From: Lytechinus pictus
Lineage: Eukaryota
Reading direction: 5' to 3'
Assembly (NCBI RefSeq): GCF_037042905.1
Contig: NC_087252.1
Span: forward strand, 12,028,001 to 12,092,000
DNA: 64,000 bases
Positions 13,155-24,470 of the stretch are shown piece after piece; the stretch's first letter is position 1; every line of letters begins with the position of its first letter. The notes under the pieces are model-generated. The model ran no database searches and was not told where the DNA came from. It saw nothing but the letters and a program-made list of their open reading frames with translations. The translations under genes were made by a program, and so were the position numbers.

Positions 13155-13490
13155 CATAAACAACGATTCTCACTTGTTCATGTATCTGCCATTCCCCGGC
13201 AGGTGTCGAACATCGCAGAAATTTGAAGTGATCCCTTCTTTGTAGTGTTATTCGCAAACTACTCTCTCCATCACTTAATGTGTTGTCCATGCTGTTTAGC
13301 CTACTGGTAGATGTGATACCACCAGAAAGCGCTGTAGGTCCAAGATCCCAATAAAGTGCAACAAGAGGACGAGATCCAAAATACCGACAGGAAATAATTA
13401 CTGGAACATTTTCAAAAACGATGAGAGTGTTCGTTCCAGTTTGGTTTGTTATGGTTCGCGAATATGTAATCTGTAACTCTCTTGGCAGGA
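13155..13490 (-). CDS. Proximal unit Ig exon b (homolog of cassette Ig2)
   Basis: catag|TC..G|gtgagt, 336 nt, open: VLPRELQIT..ISCRYFGSRPLVALYW..DHFKFLRC..VRIVVY; missed by the ORF track. Confidence 0.85.
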
Positions 13491-14274
13491 CTATGAAGCA
13501 AAATATTGGAAAGCTAAAACAGTATTTCCTTCATAAATCAATATTATAGCAGCACTGATAACAGTAGGAAAATAATTCCAGAAATGCAATGATTGATAAA
13601 GTGAGAATGCACTTATACCCGTCTTGTATCTAGAGTTACTTGTACAAAGAATAAAACATTTTTTCAGATTTATTACACATGTATATAAATTGCTCTCGAT
13701 GTACTTGAGAATGCCGAAATGATGGGAGGGTTTGAATATACTTTGTGTGCCTTATTCCTAAGAAAAAATATTTGATTCTTGCTGTACGGACAATTTAGTG
13801 AATATGTTTTAGAAGCACATATGAAGATCTACAGGACTTCTCATTGGCTTATTCATTCTTATAAAACCCGTTATTTTGCTTGCCCATCTTAAAGGTGTAT
13901 CAAGCCTTATGTCACGCCTGCGGACAAAGTCGGTTGTGAAAATAGGAATATGTTGGCTAGGATATACAGTATATTGCAATGTCTCCGAAGATGGGAAAGC
14001 CGGAAAACATTTCAAATATGATTACTTAAAATTATTGTTCAATCATCGTCACAAAATGTGTACAGCAAATGTAAGAATATGAATTGGTTTGGTTTCGAAT
14101 AGAATTCTCTTTTTTTTCTGAAATAGTAGATAATTATGTAACGTCATAAAATGCAAATTAACGGAAACAATAACGATACCTTGAATGTAGAGACGAATGA
14201 TAAGGAATAAAATGCTGTCAAAGTGAGGTGATGGAGTATCTTTAAATTTAATGAAACATAAAAATAAATACTAC

Positions 14275-14604
14275 CTTGAATGAAAAGAGAGAAGGCTGAC
14301 TGAAGTACATTTCGAAGTTCACGATGAAATGCCTGACAACGAAGTAATTTGTTATGATCATCTTTAGAAGGGGTGATGGTTGCTACCCTGTGAGATGCGT
14401 AGCTTTTTCCTTGAACATCATTGATCTGATCCATGACCTGGATACGTTCAATATCGTTGCTCCATTCAATAAGAGCCGGTGGGCGTGTCCCTTGTACTGT
14501 GCATGTGACGTTGAGCTGTTCGCTGACTGTCATCAAAACGGTTTGGTTGTCTTGATAATCGACTTGATTCAGACTATCAACGATGATGACCGCATTTGGT
14601 GGGA
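14275..14604 (-). CDS. Proximal unit Ig exon a (homolog of cassette Ig1)
   Basis: ttctag|TC..G|gtagta, 330 nt; VTCTVQGTRPPALIEW..DHNKLLRC. Confidence 0.88.
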
Positions 14605-15557
14605 CTAGAAATCAAGCATTTTGGGGGAGGGAAGCAACATTCATTGACTCTAATTTATATTAATCTATAAGAGAGTTTTACGTAATGGTTTCTTATAATT
14701 ATCTCAAACTCTTTGCTTGAGAGTCACGTCTTACGTAGGGTTGCGATTGATCCGATCAACCACAACTATGGGCAGCCAAAAACGTCAACATCTAAAATAC
14801 TAATATGTTCAAGATATTTTATAAATATGATGCATATTCATACATTCATCATTCTCTTGTATTCATTTCCTATGGATATTGTGAAAATATCCTTTGAAAA
14901 AAAATGTGGTATTCATGGATTCCATTTGAGATTGATTAGATCAATCGTAATTCTTTGTAAGACGGGGTCCTGGTTATTGTATAGGATAAATAAATTACAG
15001 TGTGCTTCTCCTGCTTGTCACGACAAACAAGGCTGGAACATGTTCCTTTTTCTCAATTATATGACTTGTGTTACAGGTTTGTTGCTTATTTCCCTCGCTT
15101 CCTTGCATTTATATCCTTCCCATGCCAAAAATTCCGTACCAACTTGAAAGTTGTAAGTTATAACATGTATAAAAACCGTTAGTCCCACTACAATAAAAAA
15201 AAAAAAACATTCTGACTTCCATTGACAAGATGTTAAGATATGGTTCAATTAAATTATTTGAATTTTCAATTTATTTTATTATTCATGATTATGGGCCCAT
15301 GTTCTTTTTTGGAATTATTTAGAGTAGCAATTTATTTTAGAAGTAAAGGCGCCGAAGGAATTAAATCTACCAAGACCTTGCAAGTATAATCACAACCTGT
15401 GACTGATTCGTCATGAATATAGTTAATTTGAAGAGTTCAGGACGCATACTGTCTCAATATCGATATTTATCTACAACAGAGGATTGTTTGTAATCGGAAA
15501 TTCAATGCTAGAAGTTAAACTTTCCATTTCACCATACACAACACTCCATTTTCTTAC

Positions 15558-15890
15558 CTGCATTTAGTACTGTTAACGTCGTATTAGAAGAAAGGGCTGT
15601 CGTCAAAGTTAATACGATACAAGTATATTGTCCATTGTCAAACGTAGTCAAATTGATTATAGTAAGCGATGTGCTGTGGTCATCTACTGTGAACATGTAC
15701 TTTGTTGGATTAAGCACACAACAGGTTGACATTGTTTCGTAGTGGTGTTGCAGTGTTCATACGCAACGAAAGTGTCCTCACGTTTCCATCTTACTCCGTT
15801 ATCACCATGAAGGGACGAGAAGATACACATCATTGTTTCACCGATAACAGGCAGGTCAGTTTGACTCGCATGAATTCAATACTACTAGGC
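15558..15890 (-). pseudogene. Proximal unit: V-type Ig exon with frameshifts
   Basis: Good acceptor and donor, but PVIGETMMC..VRWKRE..QCQPVV and LNPTKY..LTIINLTTFDNGQYTC are in different frames; the phase-1 frame stops after GLVVLNSCESN. Confidence 0.75.
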
Positions 15891-16293
15891 CTGTAGCAAA
15901 AGAATAACAATGGGAGAAGAGTGGTGACAAAATAGTGTTCCCCGTAACCACGAGCGGTCTGAAAGACTTTCCCTCAAAAGTATGATTTTAAGTACTTAGC
16001 ATAGCAGAACTGACAAAAAAATGTTACAATGTAGGTTTCCTTATTCCATTTGTTTGGTTACTTATAATCTGAAAGCTCTATCTAATTCCTTATATTGTTC
16101 GAGTATTAAAAATTAATGGGCCCAAGTGTAAAGAAATAACGCATAAATATGGTATCAAATAATTTCACACCCTAATAATGACTATTTTTTCATGACATTT
16201 CCCCCTTAAATTGGGGACTTGAGAGGTGTTATTATTTTGTTTTTCTTTTAATAACACGGTATAGCAATATATTGTGGCGACGTTATTTCCGCT

Positions 16294-16690
16294 ATATAGT
16301 ACCTAAGTGATGACGTCACCACTAACTTTTTTTTAGCATTTCAGCGTTTTTTGCAGCATTTTGGTAGAGCATGATTAAAACCTCCCACAACCTAAATTTG
16401 GAGGGAATCGGTCTATGTGGGCCTTGGATATGGCATCATGACTATATAACTCGCCCAAGTGAAGTCAATGTATTTTTGGCCTGGTTCCTAACTCTTAGTT
16501 CAGGCCAATAATACATTGACTTCAATGGGGCTAATTATGTATTCATGAGTTCATATCTTGTGGCCCAATAGACCGATTCCCACCAAATTTGGGTTATCGG
16601 GGTTTTCCATCATGTACTACCAAAATATGGGATTAAAAATACCAATATGCAAACAGTAAAAATTTATGACGTCACACTAAGGTACTGTAT
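16294..16690. mobile_element. Foldback/MITE-like palindromic element
   Basis: Termini atatagtacctaagtg..tgacgtca / tgacgtca..cactaaggtactgtat, with nested internal inverted repeats (aaatttgg..gaatcggtc / gaccgattc..ccaaattt). Confidence 0.65.
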
Positions 16691-17031
16691 ATCAAAACAC
16701 AAAAGGCTTTGTCAGAAAAAAACGAACCGGTAATTTAGTGAAAGTTTTTGCTATCATAGTCATAAATTGTATTCATGTGATGTACATCAATGAACAGATA
16801 TGCGTCACAGCTTTCATCTATAAAGCCCACATCGATGTTCATAATGTACTTATGACTGAGAGAGAATAAAGGAGATTGGTGCTACCAAATTTCCATTCGC
16901 ATGAGGAAATTGAGATTTGATCCATTTAGAAAACAAAGTTTTTAACTTGAAGTATTGAATTTTCTTCTTTCATTAGGGACCTTGTGCGTAAAATGTGATT
17001 GAAGAATAGTCGAAAAAAATTGAATAAAAAC

Positions 17032-20000
17032 ATGAATGAATGAATGAATGAACTTTATTGATCTTCCTTGAAAAAGTAACAAATAACAAGATACATGTAC
17101 AATATTATATGCTAACGCATATGTCGAAAACGTTTAAAAGCAACAAATATCGATAATTAAAGGAAAGTAATGTAAAGACAAGGAAGACGAGGAGACCTTT
17201 GGAAGCCAGGCTTGTTATACGGTTCCTCAGTATTGAAACAATACATTATATGTTTAAAGCAAAACTTGATTCTAGCTAAACTGGTTGATAATACTAAAAA
17301 AAAAAGAAATAGGTTGTACTAGGGTTATACAAGGATACATATGTGGTTAAAAACTATTTACAGATGAATAATGGATATGTTGAAGGAAAAAAAAGTAGGT
17401 ATAAAAAAAACAGATAGATAGATAGACAAATAGATAGATAGAATAACGGGGGGAGCACGAAGTTACAAGATAGAAAATGGCAAGAGATAAGAGATTTGTA
17501 ACAAAAACTATAATTGAAATGACTACTAGTACTTAAAAACAGTAGTACATGTACATGTACCAGTTGGTCGAGACACTTTACAGAATTTATATTGCTAATC
17601 ACATAGTTCTGCATGTATTTACAAGAAAAACAATTATACATCATAAATGTACTTATTCAAAAATGAAAGTTTCAATTTCCTTTTAAAAACAGAAATACTA
17701 ACAGACCCGGTAATGTTGGAGTTCAACGAATTCCATAACTTTGGCCCTGTACAGATCAGTGTTTTCTGAGCAAATATTGTCCTTGCATGAGGAATACGCA
17801 GTGCAGTAGCATTTCTTGTTGGGTAATTATGAAATTGGTTGTTCCTATGAAATAAATATGCAAACGTCAATGGCAAATCACCTCTATGAAAATTATACAT
17901 GAGTGACCCCAATTGCAGAAGATAAACATCTTCCAACTTCAAAACACGATGTTCATAAAACAGAGGAGAAGTGTGAGCTAGAAAGTCAGCATTACTAACC
18001 GCTCGTATAGCTCTCTTTTGGACCAGAAATAATTTATTCAGCTGTGTCTTAAGAGAGTTACCCCATGCAAGGATCCCATAATTTATGTAAGGAAGAATCA
18101 AAGTTGAATATAGAATTTTCAGAATATGTGTTGGGAGATACAATTTAAGCCTGTTTAGATCACCTACATTCTTTGACAACAGCTTACATAATATGTTGAT
18201 ATGAGTTTTCCACTTTAGATTCTCATCAATATGAAGACCCAGAAATTTAGTTGTAACCACTATGTCAATTAATACACCATTGAAAGAGATATCACCAGGC
18301 AGAGTTTTGATTGTGTTGCTAAATAACATGTAATTAGTCTTCTTGAGATTGAGGGACAATTTGTTTGCATGAATCCAGGTTGTTATTTTTTGCAACTCAA
18401 TATTGACGGTATTCAGGAGATATTGAGGATCTTTATGGGAAAAAAAATATATTGGAATCATCTGCAAAGAGTAAAAAAGATAACAGTTTAGATGAATACT
18501 GGAAGTCATTAATGTACAATATAAACAAGAGGGGTCCTAAAAGTGATCCCTGAGGGACACCACATGTTACACTATGTAATTCCGAATCCACACCATTTAA
18601 AGAAACAAACTGTTTCCTCTCTGCCAAATAACTTCTGAACCAGTGAAGGGCTGTGCCTCTCATTCCATAATATTCCAGTTTACTCAACAGAATATTATGA
18701 TCTACAGTATCAAATGCCTTAGAGTAGTCCAGAAAAATTCCAATCGTGTGGGTGTGGTTATCAAGGGCATTTGCAATTTTATTAACAAAATGCAAAACAG
18801 CATGGCTTGTGGTATGTTTTTCTCTGAAACCGAATTGGAATTGAGAGAACACATTACTCTCATTCAAAAACTTTACAGTTCGTACGTATACTAGCTTTTC
18901 TAAAAGCTTAGAAAAGGTTGTTAATAGAGAAATTGGACGATAATTTGTTAATAATTTTGCAATCCCTTTTTTAAATACAGGCACTACTTTAGCAATTTTC
19001 ATCCTCAAAGGCACAGCCCCATTTAACAAAGACAGGTTAAAGATGTGTGCAAGAGGTTTCAATATGCCATCAACAACATCCTGAATTAAACCATTTCCAA
19101 TACTATCACACCCTGGGCTTTTCCCTTTCTTTAAGGCACCTATTAAATCAAGAAGTTCCTTCTCTTTTATGGGCGAGAGGAAAATACTTTGCTTGTTTGG
19201 TGACTTAAGATAATGATGAAATTGTTGTTGAAAGTCCGGTATTTCCCTTGACAAATTAGGGCCAATATTACAAAAATAAGTATTAAATTTATCCACAATT
19301 ATCTTTCGATCATTGATCAAGTTGCCATCAACCTCCAACTCATTTATATTTGATACTTTTTGCTTTCCTTTGAATAAGCTATTAATGACCTTTCATGTTG
19401 CCTTAATGTCATTACACGCAACCTTCAATTGATTAGCATAATATTCTCGTTTAGCAGTGCGCAAAAGTGAAGTGAGGATATTTCTATAACTGGAATATTT
19501 TCTTCGTGAATTTTCACATTTACTCACTTTATATTTGTGAAAAAGTCAATTTTTCTTATTAATTGATCTCAGTAAAGAATGCGTAATCCATGGCATTTTA
19601 GGCAATTTCTTATGACTAGGACGGTCCACAGATCGAAATGGGACATTATCATTATACAATAGCATGAATTTATCAAAAAAAGTATTAAATGAACTATCTA
19701 CATCATGATCTGAGAGGACATCATCCCATGTAGTTGCCATTAAAGCATTCTTAAACTTGGCAATGTTTTCAGGGCTATTTACCCGAGACCGTTTATTTGT
19801 AGTATCAATAAATGGACGCCTGAGCAAAGCCATTCTGCAATATACAGGAAAATGATCTGAAAGATCGGAAATGACTATACCAGATTCTGGTAAAGGATGA
19901 ACATTGCAGAAAATGTTATCGATAAGGGTAGCAGACGTGTTTGTTATTCTTGTTGGTTTAGTAATCAGTGGAACAAAAGAAGATGAAATAAACATATTCA

Positions 20001-20360
20001 CAATTTCACTAGCCTTATCATCTGAATCGCAGTTAAGCAAATTGATATTAAAATCACCCATTAAAAACACACATTTATTGTTCAGTAAATTGTTAGTAAT
20101 TATTGGCTGCATCTGTTCGGAAAATGACTTCAGATTACTATGAGGAGGCCTATAAATAACTCCTAGAATAACATTTTTCCTGCCTGGAAGTAATAGCTCA
20201 ACAAATAAAGTTTCTAAATTCTCATTCATAATAGTGATATCTGGACAAAAGTTAAAATCAAATCTGGATGGGACATAGACAGCCAAACCACCACCTCTTT
20301 TCTTATCCCTGTTATTAGTAACTAAACTAAAACCAGGAATATTATACAGACTTGTGAGTG
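17032..20360 (-). mobile_element. 5'-truncated LINE (CR1/L2/Crack group), APE endonuclease plus RT, disrupted
   Basis: ORFs 19546-20286 (IYRPP, GDFN, TLIDNIF, SDHFPV), 18433-19338 (NYRPISLL, QFGFR, LDYSKAFD, GVPQGS, FADD) and 17634-18509; frameshifts near homopolymers; AATAAA plus (TTCA)n tail at ~17032-17059. Confidence 0.95.
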
Positions 20361-22047
20361 TGTCTACGTATGCTTGATTTCTACGTATTCAACGGATTGA
20401 TTGACTGGCCGATTTCTCAAATGATATGAACATCAACTTCTGCAGTTTGTAATATCTTTGTCAGGTGACAAAATGTGTGCGAATTGGGACTATATTCAAA
20501 CTATATTAAAAACGAAATATAATTTTACATAATCATTATCCACAATTCTACCTTCTCAAAAGACGATAAAAGCGAGCCATAGTAGAATATGATTCCCAAT
20601 TGAAGTTTGTAACATAAATCGAACTGGTTCTTAAGTGATGACGGCAAATATCCAATCCAAAATCTGATTATGCAAAGGTACTGGCGAGTTCATTTCTCTT
20701 ATCCCAATGAAGAATACTGTATATTGTGGATAGTACTTTCAGAATCAAGAAACTTATAATTTAGGAAAAAATCGCTTTGAGCAGAATTGCGTATTTTTTT
20801 CAAGAGGTTTCGACACTTACATGTTTTAGTTTCTATAAGAAAAATATTATATGGCTTAACAAGCACACCGGTCGAATACGAATACACGCAGGCCCACACA
20901 ATTAAACACACTTACACTTCATGACTGCGGGGACGATAATACCCCCTCTAAAAAGTGGGTGAATTATACTTTTTACTGAATAAGTAGATAAACTGATAAA
21001 AAATTAAACAAACGAACTAAATGAAAATAAATTGACTAAAATACTTTTTAACAAATATGAATGTGCTCTAAACTTTTGTCCCAAAATCTGATAATAAATA
21101 ATAATAAGAAAAACATATTATCATCTCCGAAATCAATCTTCGAACATCTAAAAAGGTCTACCACCCCACACATGCATACCCACCTGTCACTCAAAATACA
21201 GTTCTAGGTAGGAATATCGACGTAACCAGCCTAAAAGACAGACACCTTTTTATTTATCTTTGAAATTGTTATGGCTATCTTTGCAGTGCATGTCCATTAT
21301 TTCTAACAGAAAAACACGATATCAACTAAGCACTTGAAGACAAAATTATTGAAAATAATGTTTCATTTTAATCAACGGTACATGTTCCAAGGTTTACACT
21401 TCTTCTCCAGTCTAATATCATAAACACAGTCACTGGTATTTATACATTTTGGAAATCAGAAAAAAAAATGTATAGTGGTTACAAACGGACTTCGAACTAA
21501 ACATCGATGAAGGGCTTTGTATAAAATGGAGAAAGCAGCAACTCAACCAACATATGTAAAATTACATAGGATTAAATATATTTAACCCCACCCTGTACCT
21601 GAGTAATATCTTATCCTATATCGATTTTATATTTTTTGTGTTATACATTCATATATTTTGTATATGTTTAACTTAGCATTTGATTGTAATTCGTAATTAT
21701 TTGTATAAACTTACCCATTTGTATTATTACCTGGTAAGAATTATGATAACTGTGTATTATGTGTTATTTAGATTAAGGTGTGTTTTACTTTGTTTATTTT
21801 ATTAATGGCACGGCTCCAATGCAAATCAGACTCTGTATCTGTTTGGGTTTCTTTACCATGTGAAAATGAAATGTATCTATCTATATATATATTTATATGT
21901 CTGGCTACCCCTAGTGACTTACTACCGACATTGCTATACTGTTAATCATTCTTTAAATTAATTTCACCCTAATCCATATCTTATAACCACATTCTTCAAA
22001 GTTGCTGTCCTACAAGTATAAATACCAATGAATATGTTTATGATTTA

Positions 22048-22083
22048 GGGCTGAAGATGAGGTGAAACCGTGAAACATGTTCC
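22048..22083 (+). ncRNA. Minimal hammerhead-like motif (Penelope-like remnant)
   Basis: ggg-CTGAAGA-tgaGGTgaaACCgt-GAAA-CATGT-tcc; imperfect stem II, palindromic ACATGT. Confidence 0.45.
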
Positions 22084-22299
22084 GTTTACTTACGTGTTAC
22101 ATAATATACCGCATCCCATATCATGAATCACTATCCAGCGCCCAGTAACACAAAGATCAGCGATTAATCGATAATTTTCAATAAGAATTATGATTACACT
22201 GGTTCCTAGTCAGTCTACTGAGCCAAAAATAAATAAATAAACAACCACGATAGCACGATAATTGTCATTAATATCCGATGGAAAATGATAAATTCATGA

Positions 22300-22765
22300 C
22301 ATTTTGAAGTATTGCCTAACTTCAAAAACAGTCAAAATGCACCAATGAGGAGACTGATGACGTCACCGATTTTTTTGTTATATGACGTATAAAATATTAA
22401 AATTTCTCCTCATTATCATTTGTGAAACATTGTTTTCCTCCTCCCCGAACATATTATATTTCATTGTTCTAACAATTTTAGGGTTCAGTCAAGTTGGTCC
22501 TTTTTGTTGAATTTGTGGAAACTGAAATATAGTATGATTAAAACAATAATAAAACCAAGGATATAGTAAGGGACATCATCGACTCTGGCATTTGCCTGTC
22601 ACCGAGTTATGCATAAAACTGTCTTGTGAAAAATAAGCGAAACCTTAAAATATCCTAACTTTCTTAGTTTACATTCAACCTTTATGAAATTTGCAGCGTA
22701 ATGCTTGTTTGATTTTCTCCATTGATTCAAGTCAGTATTTTTTCTGAGCTGGACTTGACCTTTAA
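22300..22765. mobile_element. Probable non-autonomous DNA-transposon fragment
   Basis: Ends ggacttgacctttaa (TTAA-flanked AGG terminus on the minus strand, Kolobok-like); only one end recognised. Confidence 0.35.
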
Positions 22766-22800
22766 ACCATAGCGTCATTATAATTTGTTTTTGTCTCTTA

Positions 22801-23986
22801 AGCCCCTTTCACAATTGACGTACGACCTGTTTACGACCACCTGCAACAGTTTTTTCTTGTTGTTGCACGATCGATCCCTTGGTGTCTTGCGAGCACTCGC
22901 AGTCGTTGTAGACGATCGCACAAACTCGAGGTGGTCGGAGGTGATCGTGACTGGTCGCATCTGAACTTTGAACATGTTCAAAATCCAAACGCGATCAAAT
23001 ACGATTGATTCACTCGCAACAGGTCGTACCATCGGTCGGGTGATCATCGTGTGAGTGTTGTTCAACGTTGTACGACTTGGTGCGAGAGGTGGCACAACAA
23101 AGTATAGTCGCATTTAGTCGACTGGAGGTCGTACAACACTTGCACATGTGCTGGAGACCTACAGAGACCAGTCTTGCGACTGGGTGCGATAATATGAGAC
23201 TGTTGCAAGACCAATCGAAATTACGGCTTACTACATTCCACTACCGTTGCATTCGCATGTATGCGACCGTTCAGCCCCTTTCACAATTGACGTCCGACCA
23301 GTTTACGACCGCCTGCAACAGTTTTTTCTTGTTGTTGCACGATCGATCTCTTGGTGTCTTGCGAGCACTCGCAGTCGTTGTAGACGGTCGCACGAACTCG
23401 AGGTGGTCGTGACTGGTCACATCTGAACTTTGAACATGTTCAAAATCCGAACGCGATCAAATACGATCGATTCACTCGCATCAGGCCGTACCTGGGGTCG
23501 TACCATCGGTCGGGCGATCATCGTGCGAGTGTTGTTCAACGTTGTACGACTTGGTGCGAGAGGTGGCACATCTAAGTAGTCGCATTTACTTGACTGGAGG
23601 TCGTGCAACACTTGCACATGTGCAAGCGACCTACATGTACAGAGACCTGTCTTGCGACTGGTTGCGATAATAATATGAGCCATAAGACTGTTGCAAGACC
23701 GATCGCAACGGCTTACAACATTGCACTACCGTTTCATTCGCATGTATGCGACCGTTCCACTCGCAATCCCTCGTGCAACACTCGCATGTGATCGCACGAG
23801 CACAATAAGAGCATATGCGACTTACTCGTGCAACGGGGTTTACTGGTTGTTTTTGTTGTACGACAGCTGTTGCAACTGTGAAAGCCTCTGTGCGATCTTA
23901 TGAGATGACTAGCGATTGATGCCTGTTGCAGCCTGTCGCACGACCAAAAGGTCGCAAATGGTCGTACGTCAATTGTGAAAGGGGCT
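22801..23986. mobile_element. PIF/Harbinger-like MITE with an internal partial duplication
   Basis: TIRs agcccctttcacaattgacgtacgacc (22801) / ggtcgtacgtcaattgtgaaaggggct (23986), flanked by TTA on both sides; 22801-23272 is repeated starting at 23273. Confidence 0.8.
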
Positions 23987-24470
23987 TTACGAACGCTACG
24001 ATATGCCCTTCGATCGTAACTGATCCCGACAATTTTCCCACTGTCGTGCGATCTTTTACGAAAGCTACGATTGGCCTTTCGTAAGTGATCGCGAACATTT
24101 TTGAACCATTCAAAAAATTTCTACAATCAATACGATTGTCACGACTGATCTTATATGATCTGATACGATCACCACGATTACTTACACGATCAAGTACGCT
24201 ATTTGAATCGTTGTGCAAATCGTGCCAGTGGGAACCAGGTATCAGCATTACGATTTCCATGACTGATCTGATACGATCTACTAAGATGTGATACGGTCAC
24301 TACTACGTGTACGACCCCGTTTCAATCGTGGCGCGAATCGTTGGAGTGAGAACTTTGTATAAGCTTGCCGTAATTAGTATCAAGGCTCAGCAGCCAATCA
24401 CAATTAAGGTTTGCATGATAGTTACAATGACCGTGAAGTTACCTTATTTGTAAATAAATGTGAAAAGGAG

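Noticed and set aside
5521-15890. Naming the gene nephrin/NPHS1 or Dscam
   Set aside because: Only the domain style is nephrin-like; orthology cannot be shown without phylogeny.
21184-21253. Leader-like stretch (I)KRCLSFRLVTSIFLPRTVF*VT G|gtgggt
   Set aside because: No ATG and an in-frame stop; it may be a decayed leader but cannot be supported.
22094-22124. Candidate proximal leader MIWDAVYYVT|gtaagt
   Set aside because: Short, weakly hydrophobic, wedged between repeats and lacking the cassette upstream element.
22778-24291. ORFs of 62-120 aa in the TACGA-rich region
   Set aside because: Chance ORFs in MITE sequence with no transposase motifs.
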